Below, in pieces: positions 49,801-64,000 of a DNA stretch of 64,000 nucleotides (positions are counted from its first letter, which is position 1; each line of letters starts with the position of its first letter). The notes under the pieces are model-generated. The model did no database searches. It saw only the letters and a program-made list of their open reading frames with translations, and was not told where the DNA came from. This DNA comes from Lytechinus pictus. Lineage: Eukaryota. The stretch is taken from contig NC_087251.1 of the NCBI RefSeq assembly GCF_037042905.1, forward strand, positions 22,878,001 through 22,942,000. Direction: 5' to 3'. A program made the position numbers and the translations under genes.

Positions 49801-52800
49801 AGAGACTTAAAACAGAAAGTGGCCAAACAACAAGCTGCATCTTTTTCAACTAAGGTACAGAGAAAAACAAATTCTATTTTACAAGGAGTTACAAAGTTAA
49901 AGATTTGCTAATTATAATCTATTGAAGTCCATTTTATTTCTCATCAATAGATGATAATACACAGAAACAGACAAGTACATACCAAGTGCTAATGTACATA
50001 AAATGAAATTATAGAAAATGAGGTAGGTACATCATGTAATGATCGAAACCATGAAGGAGGCCAACCAATAAACTAAAAATATACATTTCATGTGTATATA
50101 CCATAAATAACAATTACATTTTAAAAATGAAAGAAAAGGCATTGACACTAATCTGGAAAGAGAGAGAGAGAAACAAATCTGGTGCAGAATCATAATTTTT
50201 TTTTATATGTCCTGGTCTTCAATAAAACTTTAGTTTTACAGAGGGAAATATTGCAACGTGGGATGTCGATATTTTGAGAATTTCTAGCTGTTTAAACACT
50301 TAATTATACATGTGCTAATTATTTTATAGAAAATAGTTCATTAGGAAATGAGAAAAGAGACTTTGTTTGCAAGAAAACATTAAAAAGTGCAATATTCATT
50401 CAGTTTAAATGGGCACTTCCGAGGTAACGGAGTGACATTCAGAAACATTGTTTTTAGCATTCAAACAAAGATATCACCCATATTTAAAAAGTTATTTGCA
50501 AAGAAATGGTACCTGATAGTAGTTGCTGAAACCCACCTTTCAAAACAATAACATTTGTTATTTTGATCCACTGAATTGATGAGGTATGAATATTCATAAA
50601 CATGGTTTATACGGAGTGACGTAAAATTGACATGCTTATTTGAGGAGAAAACATATTGCTCAAACTCTGTGAACTTTAAATGGCTATCACATTGTTGAGT
50701 TATTGATTGGATTCTATGTTCTAGCTTTAATATGCTGCATTACATTAAAAACTTGATGTATTTTTTTATTCATTAAAACTTAAAACATAAACCCATACCC
50801 GGTTACGGAGTGACATCTGAAACATTCACACACAGGCAATGTAAAATGAACTTAAATTTTTCTAATTTTCTTTTGATATGATGTCAAATGATGACCTTAA
50901 GATTATCCAAAAGAAAATTTTACAAAACAAGCAATAATTTTCTGTTAAATTGAAATTAAGTAAAAAACAATATATGTAGAGCCATTTTTGTATGGTTTGG
51001 ATTCTCCTATAAGGAGAAGCCTAAGAGAAAAAATATTTGTGGCTAATTATGATCCCTTTTGTATTTATGAAATCCCATATGAGTTTTGATAGAAAAAATT
51101 GATCCAGATTTGAAATAGAGCCAATATAAATTTTTGGAAAATGTCCACTTTTGCTTGGAATTGCCCAAATCCATGATATTCAAAACTTTCACTGAGGAGA
51201 ATTATGTTCCAGAATGAGAAAGATACAGGAGGATGAGTATATATTATTGCTGGGCAATATGTCGATATATTATCAAAATTATGCGACATTGAAAAAATAT
51301 TAAACATTCCTCTTCGATAATGGTTTTATGATTATGTTGATATATATTGCAGTAAGAGTATGTGACCAAAATATTGTTGATAATGAAAAGTTAATCACAC
51401 TTTACTGACCAAAATGTTGGTACCCAAATGCCCGCATTTCATGGACAAGCATCAACGAAAGCCTTTACTTTCAAGCACACTTTCACTGCTCTCAAGGAGT
51501 TGCAGCTCATAATGAACATACACATACATAATGAGTTTTCAGATTCAGTGATATATTATGTTTTCAGCTATATTTTGCTAGCGATAATCAACTGTTTTGA
51601 AATTGAATATTGATTTCTAATATATTTGGAAAGCATTACCCCCACGTCCTTGATATATTAAATATAATATCATACAGAGAAAATCTTCGGAAGCAACATC
51701 TTAAATTTATTCATAACTCCAATTATACATGTAACTAAAGATGCTACTAGTTGGGATTAGTTCACATGATTACACCATGTTAACCTTGTATCAACATTAA
51801 CTCATAGAAAGGTTTGTATGTAGTTGTTTAACAGGCATGTTGTAATTTATATAAACATCAACTTGGATTAATTGTGCAGCTAAAATCATCATTTGGAGTG
51901 AACATTCTTCCAATCAATGTCCAGTTAGCATGAGACATTCTTGTGCTTCCAGACCTTGTGATACAATGATTCATTTGATCAGGTCAAATCTTCATAGATG
52001 AAGATTACTGCTTTCATATTAGATTCTTCCAAACTGTAAAGGAACCCTAATGTCGAAAGTATTAGTGATTGGACAAGGGAGATTCTTTGATCTGTGTCAC
52101 TCGGACTCCTCTGTTGTTTGGGTCTCTTTTTCTACGAGGGGAACAAACTCTTCAGGAGCCATCCATTTCATCCATCTTTAACTTACCCCTAGCTTATGAG
52201 CAGGATTGATGACCAGTGCATCTGTGCTTCCATTGGGCAACTCCTGTATTCCACCCCATGAACTTGAATACTTTTTCTCCTTGTAAACTATTCCAGAATA
52301 TTTAGCTTCTGATATGTCATTGAAAAATGATCATCAGCAGATGTAACTACATTCTTCTTAAAGAATAATCTAGAGAGTCAAAAGGGGCCTAAGCTTTCGA
52401 TCCTAGCAGAATCTTCGTCTAGTTAGCTTTTTATTCAAGATTCATTTATTTTGCTGTAATCATACTGTACACAGTATATAGTATAGTAAGTACATGTACA
52501 TCAGAGATAATCTGGAAATCGATATAAAATATGGTAAGGACCGAAGGAAAAGCTAAGTGCATGTTGGGTATGGTCCTTAAAAAATATTCATTATAATAAA
52601 CTGCAATTACTTATGTACATGCACACATACGCACACAATGACAATTCAAGCACTCACTCACTCTCACATACATAATCAGAAAGGCACAACGATCTGCATA
52701 CAATCACACAGTGAAAAGTGTACTGAACTTAACATGATTCTCTACATATAGATCATCATTATTATAATCATTAAAGAGATCAAGATCAAAATGACTTTAT

Positions 52801-55800
52801 TTTCCTTTGTTTTAGATTTGCAAGAATTATTATTCAGGTGGAAGTAACTAAATAGATTAATTTTAAAATCATCAACATGTTTAAAATGATTAAATGGAAC
52901 AATTCAAACATATATATGTAGTAACCCTAATAACGATTATATATATGGACAAGAATTCTACTTACTTTGGTCCTTTGGTCAGTCCTTCTTAGGCGGCCGT
53001 AAGCTCGTCAAAGTAGGTGAACTTCCTGTCTTGGTAGCGAATGCATATAGAGTTAAGTTAGCTGTAAACTGCGTTGGTAAGTAAGCTGTAGATCAGCTTG
53101 TATAAGTGCTTGTGATTAACTTTCCAATGTGAACGTGGCGATAGCTGGGAATGAAGTGAGTCGTACATTACATGTGAGGGTTGAGCTATAGATGCTTTCT
53201 TTGTGTCCGTCTAATGCCTTGTTGAGCCTGGATACTTGCTATTCTTTCACATCTAACTTAGATTTGAGGTCAAAGACATTGCTCTGGATAGTTTTGATAT
53301 TTATAATGATTTCACCCAACTTATTTTCAACAGCAGTAATTACAATAAGGTCAAGTTGATTGGTGAATAAATTCAGAGTTCTTATCTTAAGGGCTATTTT
53401 ATAACTTGACAAGTTATTTCTGCTGATTTTTAGAATGGGACAGAGACGTTATCCATAGTCTCTCTTATGCAAAGTAATTGTGAGAGAATAAAAGCTAGAT
53501 TGGAGAAGTTATAAAGTTTCAGATTTCTGTATCATATAGTGATGTAAAAGAATAGTCCAAGATACCAACAAGGCACAAAAATTGTATGTATAGGACTAGC
53601 CACAACGGCTTAGAATCATTCAAGATGATTTAGAAATTACTTCATAAGTCACTTTTCTGTTAGAAATTCACATCTCTCACATGGTCTGGAGAGTCACAGT
53701 TTATAAATACAAATGGTTAAAAGTCATACACTTGCTGCTATCACTCATTTGGCCTGATTTTTCCTCCTTTGGCAGTGTCATTCAGAATTAAATCAACTCC
53801 TTCATGATAACTTGTCAACTTTAGCCACAAGATCCTTTTTTTTTATTCTTCGTAATGTTCAACTGTTTCCTTCATGGAGTCTAATACCATTGTACTATGT
53901 ATTTAACTTGATGTTCCTTTTCACTGTTATTTTTTATAAGTGACTTTTTTATCCTCATTTTTCTACAGTTCTACTGTTCTACAACATATTTTGATATCTC
54001 ATCTGGGGCCTGTTGGATAAAAGAAAAATTCTGGCAACTTGTTTTTGCTGGAGTTTTTCAATGTGTTAAATGTCAATGGCATAATTTTGTTTGTCAGAGT
54101 TGTTTATTTGCCAGAGTTTTCATGGCAAAAGTTATATGCAACATCCCCTTGGTCAGCTTTCTTGGATTCTATCATGGTGAATTGAAATCTACATGTTTAA
54201 AGGGTGCTTTTCAGATTTTCCAGTATTTTCAAATTTCATAACCAATTTTAAACATTATGTAATGGTAAGGAGTCTGTTTATGTCAAAGTAATTTTTTTTA
54301 GCGCCAGATTATATGCAAAACATAACAATTGAACTTTCTCTTACATGTATTCAACAGGTTTTTGTGGTCCTACTTAAGAGAATGAAATTTAGATAGAGAT
54401 AAATGTGTATTCTTACTCTTGTCCCATGGTAAAGTCACTTTTCTCACTGTCTGAGGAAGAAGTGATTGCCAGACACAATATTTAATGAACCTTCCCACAT
54501 AGGGTTTCAGCAGACCAACTGATTTGGTGAAATGTGGGTTTGAAGGACAACATTTGTTCTGTGGCAATTAAAAGAATGCAACTAATTAGATTTTTCGTCC
54601 AAGGAGGAAAGTTCAATATTTAAGGGATCGAGGCATGACAGATTGAAATTTTGTGGGATTATCCTAAACTTAAAAAAAAATCAATTTTGATATTAAAAAC
54701 CAGACATTAAAAAAAAATTAATGTCATCTTTTTGACACTTGAAAATGGTGAGGAGTTGATATGTTGCATGATGGAGGAGAGCAGTTGAAAGAGCTTTCTG
54801 TGTTTGCTTTATGATATCATCAACCTTCCTGTTACAGACAGCCATTTCAGAACTGCAGCAGGGAAACAGAGAATTGAAACAGAGATTGGAGGATGAAGAA
54901 AGGCAGCATAGAGGTGAGTTCAAAAGAAATGTTTACTCCAGCTATTAGTATAAAATCTTACCATATACCATTAAAAACGATCAGCTGGTACTGTGCCTAA
55001 ATGATATTAAGCTGACTATCCTTAATCTTTTTTTATCAGTTAACATCTGTTTCATTTAATTTTTCAGGTTCATGTTCTTGACACAGATACTTTACATTAA
55101 TTGTATAAATATAGCACAGAACTGATGTACAGCAAAGCTTGAAAAAACCCAAGTAAATGCTTATACGCACTAGTTAAATGTTCGCTCTATGCATATATGC
55201 TTTGTCAAGTACATGTAAATGGTCCCTAGCAGTTAGCAATTGCTTGAGCTTACGAGCAAAAGCATTTGCTCTCTCACTTTTATGCATATGGAATCAAGCA
55301 AAAGCCTAGCAAAAGCAAGTACTTTTTATGCCTCTGACCCAATGTCTTTTCATACAGGAAAATAAATACTGCCATCTCTCAACCACTTAGAGGCAACTTG
55401 CAGTTTAGTAGTATTCATTTGAATGAATGATTATTCTCAGTTGTACGGTTAGAGTTAATATAGGAAACTGTATACTGCCCCCTGTCTCTGTCTTTAGAAT
55501 ACTTTTTGAATGATGTTTTATTAGAGTTAACATCATTTCTGATGATAAGAAAAAGCTCAGAAACATGTATTTCCATGGTATTCATAAATGGCATTGAGGC
55601 AAATTGCCTCACTCATTTCTTTGTTACAAGGTGACACATGAATACATCTGTACCTTTTGGACTTTGTACATTATTATTTTATTTCGGCATTGAAAAGTAT
55701 AGAAATTGGTACAGTGAAGTACAACACATAATAAACATAACAGAGTATAGATTGAGCACCCACTGGACTGCCAGGGTCAAATAAAGTTAACTGAATTACT

Positions 55801-57654
55801 GTAGTCAATGAAGACCATTTGACATGAGATATTGTATTAACATGAATCATTGAGAGCTCATTTGTTGCTTAATCTACTCGAGTAAACAGAAATAGATTGT
55901 TTGTGACATCATCTACTCTTTCATTTGCATTTATATATCACCCATGTTGTGCTTTGCTTCACCGGGCATGGTGGCTCAGTGGTTGAGCGTCTGCCTCATG
56001 AACGGAACGGGAGATCGTGGGTTCGATCCCCGGCCAAGTCATTCCAAAGATGTATAAAAGCCTTCTTGCTTGGCGCTCAGCATTTAGATTGGAGAAGGGT
56101 AGTAATAACATATTATGTTATGCAGGGCCCGCTCGTAGAGCAGTCTTATGATTGAAGTGGTCACCCTGGGTAAATGAAAAAAAGAAACGTAAAAAAAAAG
56201 AGATTGAGCAAAACCTTAACTTGTGTAATTTTTCTTTTTGGATTGGCTTTTAAAGTTACAGCTTATTCTATGTTACAGCCACAATTTGATTTTAAATTTT
56301 TATGTAAAAATTGAATAGCATCATGCCATCATGATTGTGTGATTTAGGAACTTACAGGGGTATTCCAGGCCTAAAATGATAAAATTTGATCAGATTTTAT
56401 AAAGAAAAATCAAACACACAAAAACACTGATAATTTGATAAAAAAGCAGACAAGGAATAACAAAGTTTATGTCATGTTAAAGTTTTGCATTATTTCAGTG
56501 GCTTGGTAAAACAGTTCTATGCACGTCTTCATGAATATTCAACGAGCAAACTGATAATGTCAAAACCCACTTCTTCTTTTGTATTTAATGACATAAAATA
56601 TTGTTTTCCTTCAAGAACTACAAAATTTGATTGACAACTGATTTAATAATGCATATAAGATATTAATTGCGGCAACTTATAAAGGGAGACATGATATACA
56701 CACATGTATAAGAATACCGTATTTAAAAAAATATGATTTTCATGTCATAATATGAAAAAGGCAAGTGGGGATGTGACATCATATACCCACCCAATAAAAA
56801 TTCATGACGTGCATTTCTGTTTTCATAAAATATTGCTAAATTTTGAAATTCAATAACTTTGTTATTTGTTATCCAGTTTCGATTAAATTTTCAGCATTTC
56901 TTAATATATGTAGGTGGATTTTACTATATTTGAATATATAATTATTTATAGCCTGGATTCTGGAGTGCCCTTTAAGTACTGCAAACTGTTATTAAGTAAT
57001 GGCATCATGCCTATTTTTAGGTGCATGCCACTTTTTTTATCTATGCTGATGACATTGACATTATATACAGGAAAGGGAGCCATCTTGGGTCTGAAAAATT
57101 CCAGTTAACATTTGCTCTGAAAGTTTATCAGACTTATATTGTACAGACAGGGGTATACATTAGCATGTAATTGCATTTTTTTGAACTACAAATCATACAG
57201 TGATTGATTATCATTCATTTTTAAACAAAATCCCTGAAATTGTTTGCAGGTTTTATACAATGCACTTTTTATGACAGGCATTATGTGCATTAACTCTTGA
57301 AATTCTTTCACAATGTAAATGCTGATTGCATAGATCTTTATTTCAATCAATGGATAATTTTGTATATTGGAAAATAATGCTTTTCCTCAAAATGGTGGTA
57401 TTCAGTGCTAAAATCTAATAAGCCTTCACTGACGAAATTAATGATGCCTATACCATGGCATTGTTGTTTCAGCCAGTTTCCACTCTGCTTAAGATATTTT
57501 AGATATTATTTTCCCAATACAAATAGCGGTTGCTTAATAAGTACCTTGATAATTTGTTATTTATACCCTTCTTTTTATTCTTCTGATTCACTCTCTTGTG
57601 CTCAGATACTGTGAGCCAATGTCAACAGGAAAATTTAGGTCTGGAAACTAAACT
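46895..57654 (+). CDS. Partial coiled-coil protein gene (4 exons resolved, 3' end unresolved)
   Basis: Exons 46895-46989, 49755-49854, 54838-54913, 57606-57654 with GT-AG and matching phases (2,0,1,2). They give MNRHSHIPQPSFQTKRKARPPLNVTEKQPTLSYSKLKVEVASLQEENRDLKQKVAKQQAASFSTKTAISELQQGNRELKQRLEDEERQHRDTVSQCQQENLGLETK. Confidence 0.6.
51900..52320 (-). pseudogene. Decayed CR1/L2-type LINE ORF1 fragment
   Basis: Across stops and frameshifts reads GIQELPNGSTDALVINPAHKLGV/LKMDEMDGS*RV...IFIYEDLT*SNESLYHKVWKHKNV, matching the pattern G..E..ESTD..LGV..ID.SHRV..I.I.EDLT. Confidence 0.6.
55962..56175 (+). mobile_element. tRNA-derived SINE
   Basis: A-box TGGCTCAGTGG, B-box GGTTCGATCCC, body CTTGCTTGGCGCTCAGCA, A-rich end. 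Confidence 0.8.
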
Positions 57655-58024
57655 GTAAGTACATGGATTAAATCTTCCTTTAAAGTCTGCATTCTTTTTA
57701 GATAAATATTTTTTTCTCAAAATTTCAGAGTTGCCTGGTATTGAAAGTTTTTGGACACATTCAATAGTTAAATCTATAACATTGCAAAAAGAGTGAACTT
57801 ATTCTAATATAATGTTTTCATGAAGAATCAATCAGAGTTGATTGTTAAAATAACAATTCAAACACTATAAAGAATCATCACCCAAATTAGGCTTCGTATC
57901 CCTCTACAGTGTACATGCAACTCTTCTTTTTGATAACAATGATTGGTTCATGAAAATGTCTATGTTAACCAACTTTAAATGACATTTATTAACCATAAAT
58001 GTTTGTATAAGAGGGTTGTGGATA

Positions 58025-58230
58025 TAGTTGTGCTAAAAAGTTAGTGAACCCCAGTACCCCACCGCAAAACTCACTCTTAAAATGTTAAAAAAGCCCAGAG
58101 AAACAAACTTCATTGAATGTAATATTTTATTGCCTGACTTGACAATTATCTAAAACATGGCAGAACTTGAAAAATTAAGTATGTTCATTTTCTGATGGGG
58201 TTCACAGTCACTAACTTTTGAGCACCACTG
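58025..58230. mobile_element. Tc1/mariner-type MITE
   Basis: TA flanks; TAGTTGTGCTAAAAAGTTAGTGA / TCACTAACTTTTGAGCACCACTG. Confidence 0.7.
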
Positions 58231-61200
58231 TACATCAAATTTCCCTTTGGCACAATTTAACTTTGTTGCAAACATATTTAGGAATTATGTTAGATTCATA
58301 ACAATGTATGAATGGGAATCAATGTAGAATGTGAGAAATATTTGAATTTTCAAATATCGGAAAGGCCTACATTTGTTGTTGACCTTATTTCTTTATTGTA
58401 GTTTTTCATTTTTCAAATTATTAAATGTCAAAGGTTATAACTTGAAATGATCGAACCATCAAATATTTAGAAGCGCATATTGTAGGTAAAGGTAGGCAAT
58501 AAAAATAAAAAAGACTAATGAAAATAGATTGTTTGCTTCTGCTTTACAGCAATATTCATTCACTCATTCATTTTCTTCTCTTTTTCACAAAGATGATCCT
58601 TCAGGTCACTCTGACTGTACATGTAGGTTTTCTGGGAGAAGTCCTATCGTTTTTTTTGTAGTCAATATACTTTTAATATCATTTCATTTCAGACTCTCAA
58701 AATTCAACCAATTGACCTACCATCTCTGTTTCTAATTTGATAAATGACTAATTGCTGATTTGACCCAATCTGCATTCTTTCTTAAAGTATTAATTTGATA
58801 ACCTTGTTTTTTGTTTCTCTATACATATAACAATGAATGTTAATTTATATAGAAGTATTGTAATTACAGGTTTGAATTAATTGCTATTTTGTATTATTCT
58901 ATGTAGGCACCAGCCAATGTGGAGAACCTCTTGACAGAATTTCCAATTCTTTTAGGTGATCCCCAGGCATTGGCTGGTGCTCAATTTTATATTTCTTTTG
59001 TAATGTTTCTATTGAGCTGTCATGCTTTCTTGCCTGGAAATGAAATGAAAATAAAATGAAATGAAAATAGAAATATCATGGCTGCAAAATTTAACATAAA
59101 TGCCTGTAAATAATGCAAGATTAGATTTTTTTGCTGTGTTTTAAGGAAACCGTTTGAGAGGGGTCTGATATATATTTTTTTTACTGCTGGATTACAAGAA
59201 TTCCAAATGAAGCATGACTGCTCTGTTTTTGGTGTAGATGCTATACCAGGCGATTGCTTACTATGTTTATGCTAATTGTATTACTGTAATCCATGCCCAA
59301 ACTGGCCAGTAATATTCTCAAATATGAAAATCTATGAATTATTGATACGTATTTGCTGTACAAAGTTATTATTTTTTTGAAGGGAGAGCTAATTTAGTAG
59401 ATTGTGAAGTACGTAAATAATAGATAAAATTGCACAGATAAACTGCTGTGCCGTCCCTTTCTGTATAATTTGGTGCATGTGATTATGCCCTTGTCCCATG
59501 GAATATATTCATCAATTTCATTAGTTTGCAGGTGGTTTCATTCCCAGATATCCGACCAATACAATCAATTCATGCAACGGCTGTTGTCTGGCTGCTTAGC
59601 AACATTATTTGTTTTGAATTGGAGGTTTATGTATGAGATTGTTGCCATAGCAACACCAAGCCGCAGAGGCTGTGACGCATTGATAGGACGATGGGGCTCT
59701 TCATACAGCAGACAGTGATTTATCACTTCCCCCTCTGTGTTCCTTTGTACTGTCTCAATAATTTGATTATTGTGCTTCCAAGGCCATGATAAAGAGAAAA
59801 CAGAATATATTATTGAACGAGTATGGTTTAATGTGTGCTCATATGTTGTTTTTAATAGAAGATAATTTAGGAAAACCAGTTGAAAGTTTAAATATTTCAC
59901 CCCCCCCCCCCCCCCCCCCGTTCTAAAGAAAAAGAGAACAATGATTTTATTCAAACATTTGAACTATACACTTCATTTCACAAATTTATTTCCTGGTATT
60001 TTAAGTTTATCAAAATGAGTTACAAAATGGTGAAATTTGCATTTCAATAAAGCCTATTCTGAGTTTTGGTAAATCCTCCTCTAAGTTATGTCTGTATTCT
60101 GATCATAGCCTCCCACAGTTATGATGGAAAGGATATTGGGTGAAACTGTATTTTGATCCAGTGCCTGATCTAAATAAAGTATCGGCAGTATGAAAATATT
60201 TCTGATATGTTTGTAATCACTATCAAGCATTTCAAGTTGAATATTTCAGGAATTCAGGATATAATCTTTTTCTGTAGTTTTATGATATGGGCAATTTAAC
60301 AGTTTCTCACAAGTTGGAGGCATATTGACTCTTTTGTTGATCCTTTGCAAAATTACTAATAGAAGATAGTTTAAAAGGCATTGTCATCCCAAGTCATACA
60401 AAAATTATATCCATGCTGTTTCTCATTTGAACAAAATAATGTAAAGAAAAACAAACAAACTGATAATAAACTGTATTAAATGAAAATTATTGAAATGTCT
60501 TGAGAACTCACTTTACATATTATGCAAAAAATAATAGATCAATGGAAAAAGGAGCTCTAATTATTAAAAACATTCTACACTTTCATCATCGCTCTGATAG
60601 GAAGTTACAAACTGACTGCTGGTAATAACATAATCTAACCTTCCTTTAGTTCAATATTTGCCGAGGACAAAGCAATTTTTTTAGACCCGATTATTTAAAA
60701 CATTGTTATCCCACTTCTACATCAAAAGTGTTCCTAGTTGAACAGATTTCTATGGGCCTAAAAGATTCAAAGATGCAAAATTACTTTCTTCCTTTTCTTT
60801 AAGTTATTCACATTCCATTTGTTTAGGTTTTTTTTTTACATTATTTTTCCTGTTTCTGTTCAATATTATGATCAACACTTGACACATATTGTGACTAGAC
60901 TCTACTTTCTCATGGGCTTGTCAATTTTAAAGCTTCCCATGTTTGTTGTCTGTTGCCATAGTAAACTAATGTTTAATGGACAGGATCCTGTTTGGTAATG
61001 AACATTTTCTATTAAAACCTCAATGCTGGATCAGGGATAATATGCAAAGGCCAAGAGAGCGAGTATCAAAATCCAATTTCATTTCTGACTTCATTAACTG
61101 TTTTGTGATAGATGTGAAGTCGTTTGTTTTTAATGGTGCATGTAGATTGAAAATTTCATCAGCATTTTGTATTTGTGTAGATTTCAAGTAGAACAAGAGA

Positions 61201-64000
61201 GAGTGGAAGGATACAAATAAAATGAAGTTAATTAGGTTAATATAAAAGTACTTGCTTGCCTGGCAAAAATGCAGTGTATGTGATTGTAGATCTATATGAT
61301 CTGTTGATTATCATAATAAGCTATTTATGTTTTCAATTCTGTCTCAATTTCATTTTCTTAAAATCACTTACTCTGAACTATTTATTGTATTTCATTTCCT
61401 TTGTTGGGCGAGTCTGACAATAAAGCCGTTTTTTTTTAAATATCTGGCCTGATATAAATCATGAAACTCTATATAAATAAAGTGAACATAAAATAGTTTT
61501 TTGTATTATAGTGAATAACAGCTTTGTTATAACCTGTCATTCATTTTTTTATTTGATAAAAAAGGTCATATACTATTCTGCGTTCTTCAGAATAACCCCA
61601 AATTCTATATCCTATCTTGAAATGTCAAAGCACATACTTTTTTCTAAGTATTAAAATCTATGGGGCTTACTTTGAATTTAAAAATCTATCAGTACAAAAT
61701 TTTAACTTTCCTGTGGCCCGGAGAAACATGCCAAGGCGATATTGATCAAGATTTGATCCAGATTTTCATTGATGCAAGTTTTCTCTCATCTTTTAGTGTC
61801 TTAGCTGTATTTTTCTAGATAACCTTAAACATTTTGGTTATATTTTTTTTCTTCAAATTCTTTATTCTGGAATTTTATTTTAAAATGTGTGTTTAGTAGT
61901 AGTGTTTAGGATTGGGACTTTAGGAGACCATATTTATGTATTATGTACTTTTTCCTTATTTGCTCTGTAGAACATACTGTATCTTTTGATATTTGTGATA
62001 TACACTTGGGTTGCAAATTGTATGTTTACAACTTCAACTCTCATCTCTCATAAAAGAAATAAACCATTCAAGTTAAATAGCATCTTGAAAAAATCATTAG
62101 TAGTAGGGAAAAATGCTTAAATTTTTTGTTGAATACAAAAAACACAACTTTCAGAAATTTCAATAAAACATTTTAATCTTTTAAATGATATTAGCTCTAA
62201 AGTTTCATTTACCTATTTTTTTATTCTATAGGTGATTCCTAATCAAAATGATCTGGTTGAATAATGTGAAATTCTCCTTTCCTATTTCAATATTGTTATC
62301 TTTAAAAATCTGAATGAAACTTGCATTCCAATCATCTTCATGTGGTCCATAATGCATCAACACAAAATAATTCTGATTTGTTGATGGTCGACATTCTAAA
62401 CAAAATTCATATGGAATAATGGTCTTGATTGACTATTTCATTGAGCAGTTGATTTGAAACATTTGTGTGAGGAGGTCCAGACCCATTGTTTTGTTAAATC
62501 AAGCTCTACCTTGTAGAACGATTCAAGTAAAAATGTGACAGAAAAAAATGGGCTAAAGTTCTATGAAGATTTACCATGAAGATTTATACTTCGTGCACAT
62601 AACCAGCCACAAATAATAAAAAATATATATATATTTGTGCTTCTCCCAGTGGGAAAAAAGACGGAGCACTTCAAAGCAATAAAAACTCCATCAAACACTT
62701 TGTTTTTTTTTTAATTGAAATCTGCAGAGCATGGACCATGAATGTTGCTGTTGAAAATCTGCTGCAGGTTTTCTTTTTATTAATGACATACAAATTCAAA
62801 AGTTTTTGCAGCACTGCACATTTCTTTCATAAAATTTCAAAGGAAGACCAACGGCAACTATGACAATAGATGTAAACATTTTCAGGCATTAGCTTTTAGA
62901 TTCTTTTACAGTTGATCCCCCTGAGTGGAAATAAAGAGCAATCATGCCCTAGTTATTTCTACGGCAAAATACTGTAAAAATAACTGCACAAAATACTGTG
63001 CACTTTTGAAAATACATTGTGATGCAAACTTCATCTTGATTTTGTAATTGATTGTATGATTATGTTAGAAACTGTTGTATGACTTAAAGCACTTTAAAGA
63101 GGATACAAAAGAAACATAGGTCCCACAAGTAACTATTCCAATACAACATTTTTCATCAGTTTAATGATTTCTAAAAAAAATGAAATAAACTGTATTGAAA
63201 TGAAAATCATACTTTGAAATATGTTGGCTTATTATACTGTACATTATTTACTACAAGAGAAATTCAGAATAAATGGTATTCTGATACACATGGTTTAGTG
63301 AAACCTGGGTTTGCCAGTTGTAAACTTATTGATTGAAAATTATATTCATCCTGCTTAAAAAAGTTGTCAGAAAATTAATTGAATCATTAAATTGGAAGAA
63401 TATGCAAATACAATTTTTTTTAAATAAATAAATGTAGTTTCCATGAATATGGAAGAACTATCATGAAGCCCGCATTCCTTAGAAGTGTGGTTTAAAATTC
63501 TAGTTTCCACTAGGGTTAAACTTAGGTTTAATTATCAGAATATTACCTATTGTCTTGTGTTTGAGAATATTAGTATGCTTAGATATACATGTACATGAAA
63601 AGTTTATCATTCAACTGAATGCCCATGAGTATTTAATTCAATCTTTAATTAGTTACTTTCTTACACATCTATAACATGAGTTTAACATATTTTGAATTGG
63701 TTATTGATATATTAATTACACTTATTGTGTGTATCGGCAGCTTATTCGTGTATTTTGTATTTCTTAACCTAAATTTCAGGGAGGTTTTTTATATTTTCAG
63801 TAGATTTTGATTCTAGCTATCTGCAATTCGAGAGAAAGAAGGTTCCTGATAATTGATATAATTATAAATAACAAGTTTGCAGATTGTATACAAACTTGCT
63901 TATAATATTCAATGAGCAGTGTTGAGATGGTTTTACTTGCTAAACTGGTTTTAATTGCTACACAATCTTTGTAACTTTATCTATCATTGAATTGTCTTTA

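Noticed and set aside
49951-50022. Extra exon of the coiled-coil gene (AG...GT bounded)
   Set aside because: Stops in all three frames
52150-52175. Protein-kinase-like KWMAPE peptide on the minus strand
   Set aside because: No other kinase motifs; an alternative frame fits a decayed CR1 ORF1
53300-54600. Possible decayed transposase remnant on the minus strand
   Set aside because: Only faint peptide hints amid many stops; cannot be supported without a profile search

Overview
AT-rich, intron-rich eukaryotic DNA. The repeat families and gene content suggest a marine invertebrate deuterostome, probably a sea urchin (inference). The left 35 kb holds a complete tandem-repeat galectin gene on the minus strand (galectin-4/8-like; 8 coding exons, 310 aa, both CRDs with intact sugar-binding motifs). 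The main finding lies in the 15.8-kb intron after its first coding exon: a 9,126-bp DNA transposon (22540-31665) with CAC...GTG termini, short imperfect TIRs and a perfect 4-bp AACC target-site duplication. It is nested in a tandem-repeat Helentron-type (DINE/pearl-like) element. By manual splicing it encodes an uninterrupted 10-exon, 936-aa transposase. The N-terminus resembles RAG1 (Chapa/CND zinc module, C3HC4 RING, zinc finger) and the core is a Chapaev-type (CMC) DDE domain. It is therefore best read as a Chapaev/N-RAG-TP-like element rather than a ProtoRAG; I found no RAG2-like gene. Further right is a near full-length I-clade (Nimb-like) LINE with RNase H. Its ORF2 has no AUG ahead of the endonuclease, and its 3' end is mirrored by an antisense copy about 1 kb upstream. 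It sits just before a partially resolved plus-strand coiled-coil gene. Many MITEs (Kolobok-, Harbinger-, hAT- and Tc1-type), tRNA-derived SINEs and decayed CR1 fragments fill the rest. All gene models were built by eye; no database search was run.
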